Assembly: GCA_964016885.1 (NCBI GenBank)
Contig: OZ024746.1
Span: forward strand, 99,758,001 to 99,822,000
Direction of reading: 5' to 3'
From: Eledone cirrhosa
Lineage: Eukaryota
DNA: 64,000 nt
A program made the translations under genes and the position numbers. Positions within the stretch are counted from its first letter, which is position 1. The number at the start of each line of letters is the position of its first letter. Shown one piece after another: positions 13,653-29,754 of the stretch. A model generated the notes under the pieces. That model was not told the DNA's origin, made no database searches, and saw only the letters and a program-made list of their open reading frames with translations.

Positions 13653-13751
13653 ATACATACATACATACATACATACATACATACATACATACATACATAC
13701 ATACATACATACGTAACTTAACTTATTCTTGAAGACAACTTGATCTTAATG

Positions 13752-13786
<35 letters not shown>

Positions 13787-13842
13787 CAGTCACCGTATAT
13801 TTTAGAAAATATCATATTTTCACTGGCTCTGACATTTAGCAG

Positions 13843-13908
13843 GTGAACAGTGAACTGTACTGATGAAGGGTAATACCCAGAAACATTAGTGTCTGCAGTT
13901 CTGTTTAC
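13843..13908 (+). ncRNA. Canonical type-I hammerhead ribozyme
   Basis: Stem I GAACTGTA/TGCAGTTC (extended by GTGAACA/TGTTTAC), CTGATGA, stem II GGGT-AAT-ACCC, GAAA, stem III ACA-TTAG-TGT, cleavage triplet GTC (13891-13893). Confidence 0.8.
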
Positions 13909-14027
13909 ATGCCAACACAAGAGCAAGAATGAGGGGCCCATTCTACTGACATGGCTTTTAAAATGAGGCTTGTTTGCATAATTGCAAATGAATCGAATGT
14001 TATTAATATTCGAAAAACTCAGATTAC

Positions 14028-14163
<136 letters not shown>

Positions 14164-14694
14164 AAATATAAATTTAGCGAGAATCGCATTTCGGCGGGTA
14201 GAAATTAGCGAAACGCAACTTCCGTATTGTGCAGACAAGCGCTCCATGGATATGAAGATAGCAGAGCTATAAACATAAGTTAAAAAGGTCATACAAACTG
14301 AGACGATGGTTAAGAAGCCATTAACCACCATAACCAAATAAGCGAACAAGCTAAACGGGTCAAACAAAATAAGATATGATTGAAATAGTCACCCGGACCC
14401 TCGGGGAAGATGGAATACTCCGATATTTGCGTTTCTGCAACACCTAAATCAATAATACTGTCTGCTTATAAAAAATAACCTTTTGGTATAATGATCGAAC
14501 AAGGCCTCGCTTTCTCAACAGGCATTTTGTTCTTCGTGGTCCAGAATCTCACAGGTTATGAAAGTACATGTGAGGTTCTAATGGGAGAAAACCCCTATGT
14601 TGGCCAGTGAATTCAGCGTGTGTAGTTATTGTGAATGTTTGCAAAAATAGCACAAAACGAATAAAGCTCTCGACTGAGTTGTTTTTAAAATAAA

Positions 14695-15115
<421 letters not shown>

Positions 15116-15119
15116 TACA

Positions 15120-15530
15120 CTCTACATGTATATGGAGTTCCACTGAAGCAGGTGGAGAAGTTCAAATATCTCACGACTGATGGAAGGCAGGAGGCTGATA
15201 CTTAACTCGAGAGAATGTGATCTCCGACTTGCACTTGATAGGTTTGATGCTGAGTGCAGCATGGCTGGAATGAAAATCAGTGCAGCGAAAACTGAGTCAC
15301 TTGTCCTCTCAAGAAAGCCTGTGTGCTGCACTTTACATGTAAATGGAGTTCCACTGAATAGGAAGATAGAGAAGTTGAAGTATCTCATTGATATGTTCAC
15401 GAGTAATGGAAGACAGGAGACTAAATTAAGTGCAATAATTGCAGAAGCTGATACAGTAATGCACCAGCTTCAGTATTCGGTTATCAGAAGGCGGCGGGGT
15501 AGGTGTAAAAGTTAAACTCTCTGTCTTCAA
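15120..15530 (+). mobile_element. RTE-group RT fragment (rearranged)
   Basis: LDRFDAECSMAGMKISAAKTESLV...LHVNGVPL..IEKLKYL, the region following the RT active site. Confidence 0.65.
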
Positions 15531-15706
15531 TTGTTTCTACTTTAGGCACAAGGCCAGCAATTATACCAGTACATTACTGGTACTTTATTTTATCGACCCC
15601 GTAAGGATGAAAGGCAAAGTTAACCTCGGCGGGATTTGAACTCAGATCGTAAAGGGATGTAACTGTGCTTGAAAGCATATCTGACCCTCTCCCGATACTG
15701 CCAATT
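15530..15706 (-). mobile_element. SINE family A
   Basis: Reverse complement of the family A consensus. Confidence 0.8.
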
Positions 15707-15779
15707 CATAATCGGACGAAGTTATGGTTGTCAACGATATCTATATAGTGGTATGTAAGTAAATAATGTTTTATATAGA

Positions 15780-15935
15780 TGATAAACACAACCACGAGGA
15801 TATGATCCGAACGTGGAAGAAGAGCCGAACTCCCACTGTCATCACCTCCATCTCTCTCGCCCTCCCCATCCCTCTGTATGGCGAGCAAATGGGGTCCCAC
15901 GTTCTGGCCTCCCCACAGCCCGGGCGGACAGAACG
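15780..15935 (-). mobile_element. CRE-like 3' fragment
   Basis: Homologous to 3000-3150. Confidence 0.7.
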
Positions 15936-15979
15936 GAGAAGGCAACTTATGTGTATGTATGTTAACACATACATGCATG

Positions 15980-16335
15980 CTCCCGTAACTCCTGATAGAT
16001 TTGTAGGGGCGCTGTATTGACATATGGCGCTTCTTGGGTATTTCAAGCCTAGCGGGGCCCATCCCTCTCCAGGCTTGAGTACAGCAGATTTCATCCAGAG
16101 AAAGATAGAAAGAGTGAGAGAGGGAGGAAATGAGAAAGAGATATAGCGGAAGAATCTACCCCAGTACTAGACTGGTACTTTTTTATCGACCTTGAAAAGA
16201 TGAAAGGTAAAGTTGACCTCGGTGGGATTTGAACTCCGAGAGCAGAGAGCCGGATACCATAAAGCATTCTATCTGACGTTCTAACCACTCTACCATTCTA
16301 TCTGACGTTCTAACCACTCTGCCATTCGCCGCCTT
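15980..16335 (-). mobile_element. tRNA-derived SINE family B, full length, with duplicated 29-bp head
   Basis: A box TGGCAGAGTGG, B box GAGTTCAAATCC, core shared with family A, distinct 3' tail. Confidence 0.8.
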
Positions 16336-16388
16336 GTACATACATAGACATACATATAAACGCACACTTACACATATATATCCTAATC

Positions 16389-16555
16389 GATTTGAACTCA
16401 GAACTACTCTTTACGTTCTGAGTTCAAATCCCGCTGAAGTTAGCTTTACCTTTAATCCTTAGGTCAATAAAATAAAATACCAGTGATGCACTGAGTCGAC
16501 TTTCTCTTCTCCCTCCCAAATTGTTGGCCTTGTGCCTAAATCAAAGTCCATTATT
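16389..16555 (+). mobile_element. 5'-truncated SINE family A with a 16-bp fold-back at the 5' junction
   Basis: gatttgaactcagaac-N10-gttctgagttcaaatc, then the SINE body. Confidence 0.75.
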
Positions 16556-17649
16556 CGTCGATGAAGTAAATGGAACGATAGTTCTAAAGCGACATCTATA
16601 TTTCCCCCTAGCGGCTGAGAGAGGAATGAGGGGGGAGGAGTTGCAGGAAAACAAGAGCTTAACGCCTCCACTCTTATAACAAGAGTTTGTCACAGCGGAA
16701 CAAAGCAAAAACATGGGCGAAACGTGGAAATATAGGCACCTTAGTCAGTTGTAACATATTCCAGGCAGATATTGTATTGATCCTATTGTAATGAAAACAG
16801 AAGGCTTGGCTGAAGTATAGGATTTCAAGATATATTTCTGTGTTAATTAAATTCTGAAAAGATATTTCGTATGGGGTTCTAATTCTTTCTAACTCTTTAT
16901 GTTTACCTTGATGATGCTGGCGATGATTACTACGATGATGACGATAGTGATGATGATGATGTTGATGGTGGTAATGATGATGATGATGACGGTGACAATG
17001 ACAATAATAAACGACAATTAGAGAAATTTTTACTTTCGTTTTTCAATATATTCTTCCATTAGTTTTGTATTTTTTTCCTCTAGATAAGTCTCCACAAACT
17101 TCTCTCAATTTGAATAACAAAAGACCTACTTTCTATAGAAAAGACATAAACAAAATCACAATGAATAGATCAAAACAGGAGACGTAAACAAAAAAGAGTA
17201 GTGTATGGCTAAAACTGGTTGTTAACCTGTATAAAAAGAACGGCCTGCGTTTGACAGTGGGAATTAGCGGGAACGATCAAGAAGCTTGAATTTGATTTGA
17301 ATGAATAATACCATCAGAGAAAACCATTTATTATTTCTGTTCGATGAATGTTGTCAGCTGAAGTAGATATCGATTTCTTGGCGCCTGATGTTCCATATTA
17401 TGTACGTTCTCCCATTATATCCACCATTATACATCCACTATTCGTCTAGTGTTACTGTCACCTGAAACAGTGTGTATGTTTCAATGTATGTGTGTGTTTC
17501 AATGTATATGTACATGTGTCTATGTATGTTTGTGTGTATGTGTGCATGCTTATATTTGAATGAGAGTCTGTGTATATATGGATGCATTCCTTTTATAGTC
17601 AATCTTAGTGCATGAATACACACGTGTACGCACGAACGCATATACATTT

Positions 17650-18702
<1,053 letters not shown>

Positions 18703-18703
<1 letters not shown>

Positions 18704-18777
18704 GAGAGAATGGATGAGAGAGGGAAATAAATAAAGAGAGAGACGGAGAGAGTGAAAGAGAGAGAGAGAAATGGGGT

Positions 18778-18861
<84 letters not shown>

Positions 18862-19480
18862 GCAGTTTTAGAAATGTATTCATACGTGAAATTAAAGAAA
18901 AATTAAAAGTGTGAAAGAAAGAGGAAGAAATACGAGGAAAGAGAGAGAAAGAGGGGGGACACGCACATAATATTTGGTAGGAAGACATGGAGAGACAAGA
19001 TGGAGGTGAGAAAATGAGATGATTAAAGTGAGACTTGCTATTAGACGGTTGTAAACACCTGAGAGGAAATTAAAGTGACTGGCAGAGACGGTGAGGTGTA
19101 GTAAAGTGGAGAGAGAGAGAGAGAGAGAGAGAGCGGGGGAGAGGGGGAGAGAGAGACATAGAGAGGGAGAGAGAGAGAGAATAGATTTGAAAAGAGAAAG
19201 AGAGAGTAATGGAGAGAGAGTGCGGAGAGAAAACGAGAGAGAGAGACATTAGAGTTGGAAAGAGTGAGAGAGTAACGGAGAGAGTGTGGGGGGGGGGGGG
19301 AAGAGAGCGAGAGAGAGAGGGAGAGAGAGAGAGTAGAGTGAGAAAGAGAAAGAGAAAGAGAGAGTAATGGAGAGAGTTGGGGGGAGAAAGTGAGAGGGGG
19401 AAATAATAAGGGAGAGAGGTGTGTATGTGGGAGAGGAAAAGAAAGAGAGAAAAAAATGATAAACAGAGTGGGAGAGACAA
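18703..19480. repeat. (GA)n-rich polypurine tract
   Basis: Directly visible. Confidence 0.9.
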
Positions 19481-19511
19481 AATAAGTGAGGAATTTCGAT
19501 GGAAGTGGTGG

Positions 19512-20280
19512 GAGGCGAGGAATTGAGAGTCGTTAAATGTCAGATAGAATGGTAGAGTGGTTAGAACGTCAGATAGAATGGTAGAGTGGTTAGAACGTCA
19601 GATAGAATGGTAGAGTGGTTAGAACGTCAGATAGAATGGTAGAGTCGTTAGAACGTCAGATAGAATGGTAGAGTGGTTAGAACGTCAGATAGAATGGTAG
19701 GGTGGTTAGAACGTCAGATAGAATGGTAGAGTGGTTAGAACGTCTGATAGAATGGCAGAGTCGTTAGAACGTCAGATAGAATGGTAGAGTGGTTAGAACG
19801 TCAGATAGAATGGTAGAGTGGTTAGAACGTCAGATAGAATGGTAGAGTCGTTAGAACGTCAGATAGAATGGTAGAGTGGTTAGAACGTCAGATAGAATGG
19901 TAGAGTGGTTAGAACGTCAGATAGAATGGTAGAGTCGTTAGAACGTCAGATAGAATGGTAGAGTGGTTAGAACGTCAGATAGAATGATTTATGGTTTTCA
20001 TTCTGGCTCTCTGCTCTCTGAGTTCGAATCCCACCCAGATCAATTTTGCCTTTCACCCATTTAAGGTCGATAAAAAAGTACGAGTCAAGTACTGGGGCCA
20101 ATCTTTGCTCTGTATCTCTTTCTCACTTCCATACTCTCAACTTTCTATCCTTCTCTAGAAGAAATCTACTATATTCAGACCTGGAGAGGAGATCGGCTCC
20201 ACCCGGTTTAAAAATACCCAAGAGCGGCCGTATGTCAATACGTCGCTCCTATGAATCCCTCAGGAGTTATGGGTCCATGT
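19512..20280 (+). mobile_element. SINE family B with tandemly amplified head
   Basis: After the array the body continues: B box GAGTTCGAATCC, shared core, family B tail. Confidence 0.8.
19542..19985 (+). repeat. 29-bp tandem array, 15 units plus a partial (AGATAGAATGGTAGAGTSGTTAGAACGTC)
   Basis: Exact period of 29 from 19542 to 19977. Confidence 0.95.
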
Positions 20281-20605
20281 CATACCGTACATAAGTCGTG
20301 TGAAGGGCGAAGGAAATGAAGCAGAAAAAGAGCGGTATTGGAAGTAGAGACCGTATTGACATGAAAGAGGTGATTTTTGTAGTAGAGAACACACGAGTGG
20401 AACTTGGACAGAAAACAGATAAATATCCCGCTGGAATAACAAAGGGAAGTGGTAGAGGGTCACCTAAAAATTGGTCATATTGAATAATAAGCGTCAGAAG
20501 CTCCCGTAACTTCTGGGGGAGGCATTATTCACTTTTTAATCCGGTGGGTCTCATCTCCTCTCCAGATGTGAACACAGCAGATTTCTTCCAGAGAAAGATA
20601 TAGAG

Positions 20606-21096
20606 CAGAGGTTCTCAACCCTTCGGGGCCTGGGCCACATAATACCCTCAATGACCCCCACCCCTATTTCCTGAGAGACCTGCCTACACACAAATTGTAA
20701 ATAATTGTTTCTACTTTTGGCACAAGGCCAGCAATTACCAGTGCATTACTGGTACTTTATTTTATCGACCCCGTAAGGATGAAAGGCAAAGTTAACCTCG
20801 GCGGGATTTGAACTCAGAATGGCAAGGGCCGTAACTCTATGCGTCAAAGCATGGCGTCCGACCCTGTACCGATACTGCCAATCCACCGCCCTGTAAATAA
20901 TGAGAAATAATATATATATTATGGATAAATAAATATTATATATTTTTTACTTTACTATATTTATATGTAATATGTATCATTTGATATTTAATATACTATT
21001 ATATCATTTGTAACCACCCTTAGGCTCCAGCACCCCCTTGGACCTTCTCAACACCCCCAGGGGGGGGGGGGGTAGCGCCCACTTTGACAAGCTCTG
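20606..21096. mobile_element. hAT-superfamily MITE
   Basis: Imperfect TIRs CAGAGGTTCTCAA / TTGACAAGCTCTG and a perfect 8-bp TSD ATATAGAG (20598-20605, 21097-21104). Confidence 0.85.
20706..20891 (-). mobile_element. SINE family A inserted in the MITE
   Basis: 10-bp TSD TGTAAATAAT (20696-20705, 20892-20901). Confidence 0.9.
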
Positions 21097-21499
21097 ATAT
21101 AGAGAATGAGAGAATGGGAGCGTGGAAGAAACATAGCGAAAGAATTGACCCCCAGTAGTACTACACTGGTACATTTTTTATAGACCTTGAAAGGATGAAA
21201 GGCAAAGTTGACCTCGGCGGGATTTGAACTCAGAGAGCGGGAACGAATACTGCAAAGCATTCTATCAGACGTTCTAACGACTCTGCCAATTCGTCGCCTT
21301 GAATAGGAGTAATAAGGTTGAAAATCTTGGCAAGAATGAGAGAGTGCAGAACAAAGTAATCTATTGTAGAACATGTTATAGAAAATAGAATTAATCACCC
21401 TGTAATTGTTCACTGCAGATTTTCGTCTTTACAGAGGTTATATATCGTTGAAACATATTCTAACATCATATAAGCCATACCTTACAGAATATGGCTGGC

Positions 21500-21750
21500 G
21501 TACTCACCACCATCGGCGCAGAACTGGCTAGCCACACGTGAGAGCCTCGCGAGCTGGAATGGCTCTTCCAACGCATCTCCCTCACCATCCTCCGGAGAAA
21601 CACCTTCTCTATTTTGTCTGCTGGCGCCGCAGGGTGGCCAGCGCGGGGACCCCAATAGCTCATAATAGTGAGAGATGGGTAGAGCGGAAGAGACGAAGAC
21701 GATGACAATGGGAGTTTGGTTCCTCTGTGTCTCGACCCCTTGTCCATGTG
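21500..21750 (+). mobile_element. CRE-like 3' fragment (divergent subfamily)
   Basis: LTTIGAELASHT.EPRELEWLFQRISLTILRRN. Confidence 0.65.
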
Positions 21751-22989
21751 TGTATATTTTCAAAATATTTATAAACAGACACCAAGACATTGTTAATACA
21801 TTAACACAACAATGCAACTTCGTTAATTCAAGAATAATCAACAGAAATCTACCCCTGTTGTCTCTAACGAGTGGGTAGAGAAAGGACTACGCGAAAAGGT
21901 AAACACAGAATAGCCGGTACCTAGATTTCTACGTTGTGCTTATAACTAGAATGTACAGGCTTGTCTTGAAGAGGTGCTCGTATTCCCGAAAAATTTTACA
22001 TAACGAAGCAACGTCCTAACATTATGGTATGACTTGGCGTGATAAAAATTGTCTAGATTGCCGAGTTAACAGTGCATTGGGGAGACAATGTGGAGCGTGT
22101 GAATGAAAGAAAGAATGTAAAATATTAGGGCTTAAGGAATCATATGAGGTGGAGAGGTGGAAGGATGGCAGTACATGGTGATGTGGTGTCATGGGTTTAT
22201 AGTGAGATATGTAGGTGGTATTAGACGTAGAAACGACGGTAATTGTGGCCCATTAACTGGAGTGGGGAGCAGAAAATGCATTATTATGGGTATGGCTGGA
22301 GCATTTAAGAGCATGACCAACACCGAGAACAATTAATATTTAGTGGGAAGTCAACATAATAATTAAGTGGTTATAGTTACTCTATATTTGTGGTGAGCAG
22401 ATGGATAGCATCAGTGCTACTTGGGTCCAATAGAGAGAGTGAGATCGTCGGGAGGAGCAGAAATATTTGAGATCGTTGACAGCTGAAAAAGGGAATGTCC
22501 TGCCATGCAAGCTGTATATAGAATATATGGTGTTAGTTCATTCCTTATATGCAAGGGACAGGTGATGTATTAGGAAGGCTTCTCATGGAATGAGCAAATG
22601 AGGTTTATTTGTCAACATAGTTCCTGGAAAGAAACAATAGAGTTATTAATAAGAAGAATTGAAATTAATGCATGCAAGATTTCACAGCTCTAGGATCATT
22701 CCTTCGTAGTTAGTCTAACGACTTATCAGTACACCCTCGTATTTTACAACACGAAATAATAGCCAATTGTCTTATAAAGAAAAAAAAGCAAGTAACACAA
22801 GTACGCTAAGAAATAGGGCCCCTTTGGTTATGACTAACCATGGATTTGTACCTGGAAAGTTATTCTCCAAGTCGTAAGCTTGAGCAAGGGATTTTATGGA
22901 AATCCAACAGTCGCCCATGTATCCATGTCACCGATATTGCACAACGGAAAGGCAACAATCGACACAACTTGACACCAGTGTCGTCCCAA

Positions 22990-23460
22990 CTCTTCTTCTT
23001 CGCCCACTTATTCCTGAGAGGGTCGTGGGGACAGAGTCCTCAAACACTCCTTCCTGCGGGTCGTGTTAGAAGCAACCGTCTCCAACTGATCCGGCTTGAT
23101 CCCCAAGTGAGACCAACCAAGCTCATGGATGTTATCCAACCATCTTGCTCGTGGTCTACCCCTGGGTCTCCTGCCGGCTGGTTTTTCCCGTAAAATCTGT
23201 CCAGAGATTCTTTCATAAGACATTCTACCCACATACCCGTAGTATCAGAGCTGTGATCTCTCAATTCGGAGAAGTAACGGCTCTACTTGGAGTGACTCTC
23301 CAGTGGTTCTTTCCTGAGACATTCTAACAACGTGCCCTTAGTATCGGATCTGTGATCTCTCAATTCGGAGAAGTAGCAGCTCTACCTGGAGTGACTCTCG
23401 GATCTCCGAGCTACACACTCTATCAAGTAACGTTACTCCAAAGATCCTTTGGAAGAACCC
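22990..23460 (-). mobile_element. RTE/RTEX-like 3' fragment with (GAA)n tail
   Basis: KPAGRRPRGRPRARWLDNI motif; related copies at 49665-49825 and 62873-63240. Confidence 0.7.
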
Positions 23461-23670
23461 CATTTCGGCTGCCTATATTCGTCCCAAATCATTTTTCTTT
23501 TTTGCAGCTGGGAAATGAAGTATCATGTCCAACACCTGGTCTGGGAATTGAACTCAAACATCTAGTCCACGTAACTTCACATAGTTACACTTATAGCCTA
23601 TATAAATAAACTACAAAAAAAAAAATACGATGGAAATGTTGAAAATACTACTACCTACACAATTGGCATC

Positions 23671-23985
23671 TATTCTCGGGTCCGAAACAATAGAAGTCTG
23701 GAATACGCGGTGGATGTGTATGAAGGAAAATCGGTAATTTTTCTAGGTTGTCTCCGTGATTTTTTAAAAAGCAGAATTAATTGCTTAGTTTACATATTGA
23801 GAGCCCAATCTATCCTATTTATTTTATAATGTATGAAATTTCTAGTAATGTACCATTTAAAATAACATTCCACCAGAGATAGATTAGCAAAATTTAATAA
23901 GCGGGGAGGGGTGAGGTTATGGTGGAAAAAATCTGAAAAATTAATAATCGGGGATGGAGGCGATTGTTCTCGAGGAACGAGAGTA
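23671..23985. mobile_element. Possible degenerate MITE
   Basis: Loose TIRs TATTCTCG..GAAACAAT / ATTGTTCTCGAGGAACGAGAGTA. Confidence 0.3.
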
Positions 23986-24692
23986 CCCGACGTTGTTTTG
24001 CTTCAGCCCATCGTTCTGTCGTGCATGTACCCGTGAGAGTATAGTCTCACACTAATAAATAAATAAATAAAACCGGGGTTTTTTCCTTATCTTCCCTTTT
24101 CAATCTTATAAATATAAATATTCTTACTTAACTGAGTTAATTTAATTTAATTTAATTTTAAATCATTCTCAATTTTAAATACATATTTATTTACATAAAA
24201 TACAAAACCAATATCCCTCATAACTCATTAGAACAACTATCTATAACATGATATACCCATCTATTTATTTATTTATTTATCTACTTATAACAGAAGAAAA
24301 ATATTATATTATAAATAAATTTTAAACAACTAATAATCGTAAAATATCCTTTTAATATAAATACACATATTATTAAGATATATACTTACATATATACATA
24401 GATAATTGTTCGAATATATTTCCCGCAAATTAACGTTATATGAGTTTTTTTTTTATTCATCTTCGCTTTTTTCCTTCTTCTCTCTCTCTCTCTCTCTCAC
24501 TATTCTGTCCTTCTTCTCTTCTCTCTCTCCATAGTCGTTTAAATAAACGGTTGTTTTTCAATTATTTACATATTCATTTGCATATTCACCCATAAGTTTG
24601 AAAAATCCCTAATACATTTCCACTATCCAGAGAATATCCAACTGATAAGGTAGGATTTTCCTGGGTATCTCTCAATTTATAAAAGAACTTTG

Positions 24693-24739
<47 letters not shown>

Positions 24740-25955
24740 AATAACAAGGGTTGACGGACCCAGCATATTTATCAATGCCAGTACCAGTTGTATCTCAGTG
24801 CACTCCATGGGCAATGTAAGATACATTACCAGAGTATGCACAAAGTTATTTGCTTCAACACAACACACGTAGAACGGGTGCCTATAAGGTTCCCGGACTC
24901 GAGTTTCTGCCGCACTAATGCAGCAGTAAGGTGCACTGCACCATCTGTCTGCATATATTATGCAACAATGCACAATCGGCTTATGCGGCTTCATCAGCGG
25001 GTATCGCCTAATCAATAACCAATCGATCGACAGAATCCAAACTCGGCCCATGCCGGCCATGACTGTTTGTGACAACCGACACGGTAAAGCGATTAGCAAC
25101 TGGCACCCGATAGGACTCTATCTCTCAACTAGCCACTGATTTACACACTTTACGTGGGGACGGGAAGCTAAAAAGAATCAATCTTTTCGTTCCTGTCAGA
25201 AGCCCTCAGCCAACGTGTCTCACACACAAATTATCAAGGGGTGAAAAGATGGCCATTAGAAATAGCAGTTCACATTGATATAAAATAGAATGGTAGTATT
25301 CGGTTCATGTCTCCAAGCCCCATGGCTAGAAGAAAGCGATGGTAACAACGGTAGTGCCAAGAACTTTTAACGGACTTTAAATGCGATCATCCATTATATA
25401 GCAATATAGTAGCGAGCTGAAATGTGTCAGCCACGTGCGTAGAGAACCAGTCTATTTCAAAACTTAAAAGAGTGAGAGATAAAATTAATAGCAGGAAAAA
25501 AGAGTGCATATCAAAACAAAAATACAATAAAAAGTGAAAATGTGTTTAACTTACTCTCAATAGACCACTAGTTGGGAGATAATAATAATAAGGTGTTGAC
25601 GGACCCAGCATATTTATCAATGCCAGTACAGGTTGTATCTCAGCGTACTCCATGGAAAATGTAAGATACAGATACATTACCAGAGTATGCACAAAGTTAT
25701 ATATATATATTTAAAAGTTAAACATGGTTCAATGAATACATCAAAGAATGAGTTTTACAATAGATTGGAAGCACTCAATAGAAATGTTTTCCAGAGTTAT
25801 TAATATTAATTTAAAATATTAACAAAATAGATATTCGTGGATTTTTCTCATGTTCTCAATATTAGGGTATAAATATTGAGTTTTGTCATATGTTAATCAC
25901 TACCATGACTGAATCTTAACCATCTACTATGTCAGGGTATGTCATGCATCATTTT

Positions 25956-26020
25956 ATTTTATCTGATGAGGACGTACTGTTGAACTTAACTCAGTACCTC
26001 TGAAATATGTATAATAAAAT
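25956..26020 (+). ncRNA. Type-I hammerhead (H1-related)
   Basis: ATTTTAT CTGATGA [GGACGTACTG..CAGTACCTCT] GAAA TATGTA TA^ATAAAAT; the module's 3' end is inverted at ~25805-25840 and abuts (TA)n. Confidence 0.65.
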
Positions 26021-26061
26021 ATAATTGATCACAAGAATATCTAATTTGTTAATATTTTAAA

Positions 26062-26141
<80 letters not shown>

Positions 26142-26221
26142 TATATTTAGTGGTTCAACACTTTAACTCTAAAGGAACATCACCGTCTGGCCTCCAGTTA
26201 TTTTGATCAAACCTATATATA

Positions 26222-26552
26222 TGTGTGAGTGTGTGTGTATCTATGTGTGTGTATGTGTATGTGTGTCTGTGTGTGTGTATGTGTGTGTGTGTGTGTGTCT
26301 CTGTGTGTATGTGTATGTGTATGTGTGTGTATGTGTGTGTGTGTGTGTATGTGTGTGTCTGTGTGTCTGTGTGTGTGTGCGTGTGTGTCTGTGTCTGTGT
26401 GTATATGTGTATGTGTGTCTCTGTGTGTCTCTGTGTCTCTGTGTCTCTGTGTATGTGTATGTGTGTGTGTGTCTGTATGTGTGTATGTGTGTATGCGTGA
26501 GTGTGTGTGTGTCTGGCTGTGTATGTGTGTGTGGGGGGGGGTCTGTGTGTGT
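26222..26552. repeat. Degenerate (TG)n
   Basis: Directly visible. Confidence 0.9.
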
Positions 26553-26807
26553 CCTTTATCCGATATTCAGGTATTTTAATGGTCTAGTAGCTTCTTTGAG
26601 ATCTTGATGTGTCCATTTAATATTCATTCGTAATTCACAATTTGGTTTTTTAACGGTTTAAAGTAAAGTAAGAATATAATTAAATGAAATGTTTTAAATC
26701 TCTTTGGAACTCGTTCCAGTAAATGATTTATTTTGAAGACCTCGTCTGCTACTGATCAATAACAGTGAACATTACGATTTGGGATTTGATTAAAGATATC
26801 AGTAGTA

Positions 26808-27166
26808 CAGTTGTTTCCCGGCATTCGCGGGGTTACGTTCCTAGAGCACCGCTAAGATTGAAAAACCACGAATATTGGACTTGGTCCATAAAAATCCCTA
26901 TAAACGCAAAAATATAACGTAAAATATAATAAAAAAAGAGATAGCGTCTTATGCGAAGAGATGTCCAATAGGCTGGCAAAAACGGTATATTGTTTTTAAT
27001 AATTTAGCTCTAAAAATATATTGCCACGGAAAGAGCCATAAGAAAATTGCCAAAGTTATTTGCGATTCCGCGAATATACGGTGGTTTCCACGAACAATTA
27101 TTAGTTAGAGTCTATCTCAGGAAAATTCCGCGAATAACCGGAACCGAGAATGCCGTGGGTACACTG
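26808..27166. mobile_element. pogo/Tigger-like MITE
   Basis: TA-CAGTTGTTTCCCGGCATTCGCGG ... CCGAGAATGCCGTGGGTACACTG imperfect TIRs; internal CCGCGAATA repeats. Confidence 0.6.
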
Positions 27167-27472
27167 AACATCATAGTTTGTCTTTCTTTGATTCTGTAAT
27201 AAAATAAACATTAGTTGATTTAGTTAGTTAAATTTCACTGGTCAACAACATTTTGCTTTGTTTGAGACCTGTTCTAGATTAATTTGGAGCCACTGAGTTT
27301 TAAGATGACTTTACTTTTTTCTATCAAGTCAAGTTTTTTTACCTATGGGCTGGTTCACCTATAGCTAAACATTAACAGCAAAAAAATAATTTTATTGCTG
27401 CTAATGTTTAGCGTTTGGTGATTACCGGTTTTTACATGAACTACCAGAAAACCACCCTTCTACCTATATATA

Positions 27473-29270
<1,798 letters not shown>

Positions 29271-29519
29271 GTTACGTATGAGAGTCGTTACTACCGGAAC
29301 ACAAAGGTCTTTGGTTTTTGAAACTGAAACATTGCTCCCCCTTCTTCTTCAGAGTGCTTTCCTAATTACTTACACGATTAACAATCTATCTTCAACCTTT
29401 TTCTCGTTGCTTATTGACATTAATTAGGCTTAATATGAAACAGTGAACCACTATTTTACTCATCACATGCTGTGTCTTGGTACAAACATTTCAATGTATT
29501 CTCCACAGACCAGTGACAG

Positions 29520-29570
29520 TATGTAGAAATGTAGAAATGTAGAAATGTAGAAATGTAGAAATGTAGAAAG
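29520..29570. repeat. (ATGTAGAA)x6
   Basis: Directly visible. Confidence 0.9.
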
Positions 29571-29659
29571 ATTGACGCCATATTTACTTCTGCTCGTCAT
29601 AAAGTGGCGTTTGGGGGGCTTTAAAATGATATTTTGATTATTGGCGTGTGTGAGTTTAT

Positions 29660-29754
<95 letters not shown>

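Larger units (their letters stand above)
20490..21300 (-). mobile_element. SINE family B split by a hAT MITE
   Basis: Tail at 20490-20605; head and core at 21097-21300. Confidence 0.75.

Noticed and set aside
17290-17462. Host exon after tttcag on the minus strand
   Set aside because: All three frames stop quickly and there is no recognisable product.
19542-19985. CRISPR-like 29-bp repeats
   Set aside because: The units are contiguous with no unique spacers, there are no cas genes, and the unit derives from a SINE head.
24985-25000. CTGATGA on the minus strand as a hammerhead
   Set aside because: No stem II followed by GAAA.
25045-25170. HDV-like ribozyme (GGCCGGCATGG and CCGTCCCCACGT on the minus strand)
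   Set aside because: Only short matches; P1/P2/P3 could not be assembled.
29520-29570. (ATGTAGAA)x6 as the CR1 3' tail
   Set aside because: It is separated from the element by ~500 bp, mostly CA repeats; the closer (TTTCATTA)x3 at 30090 fits better.
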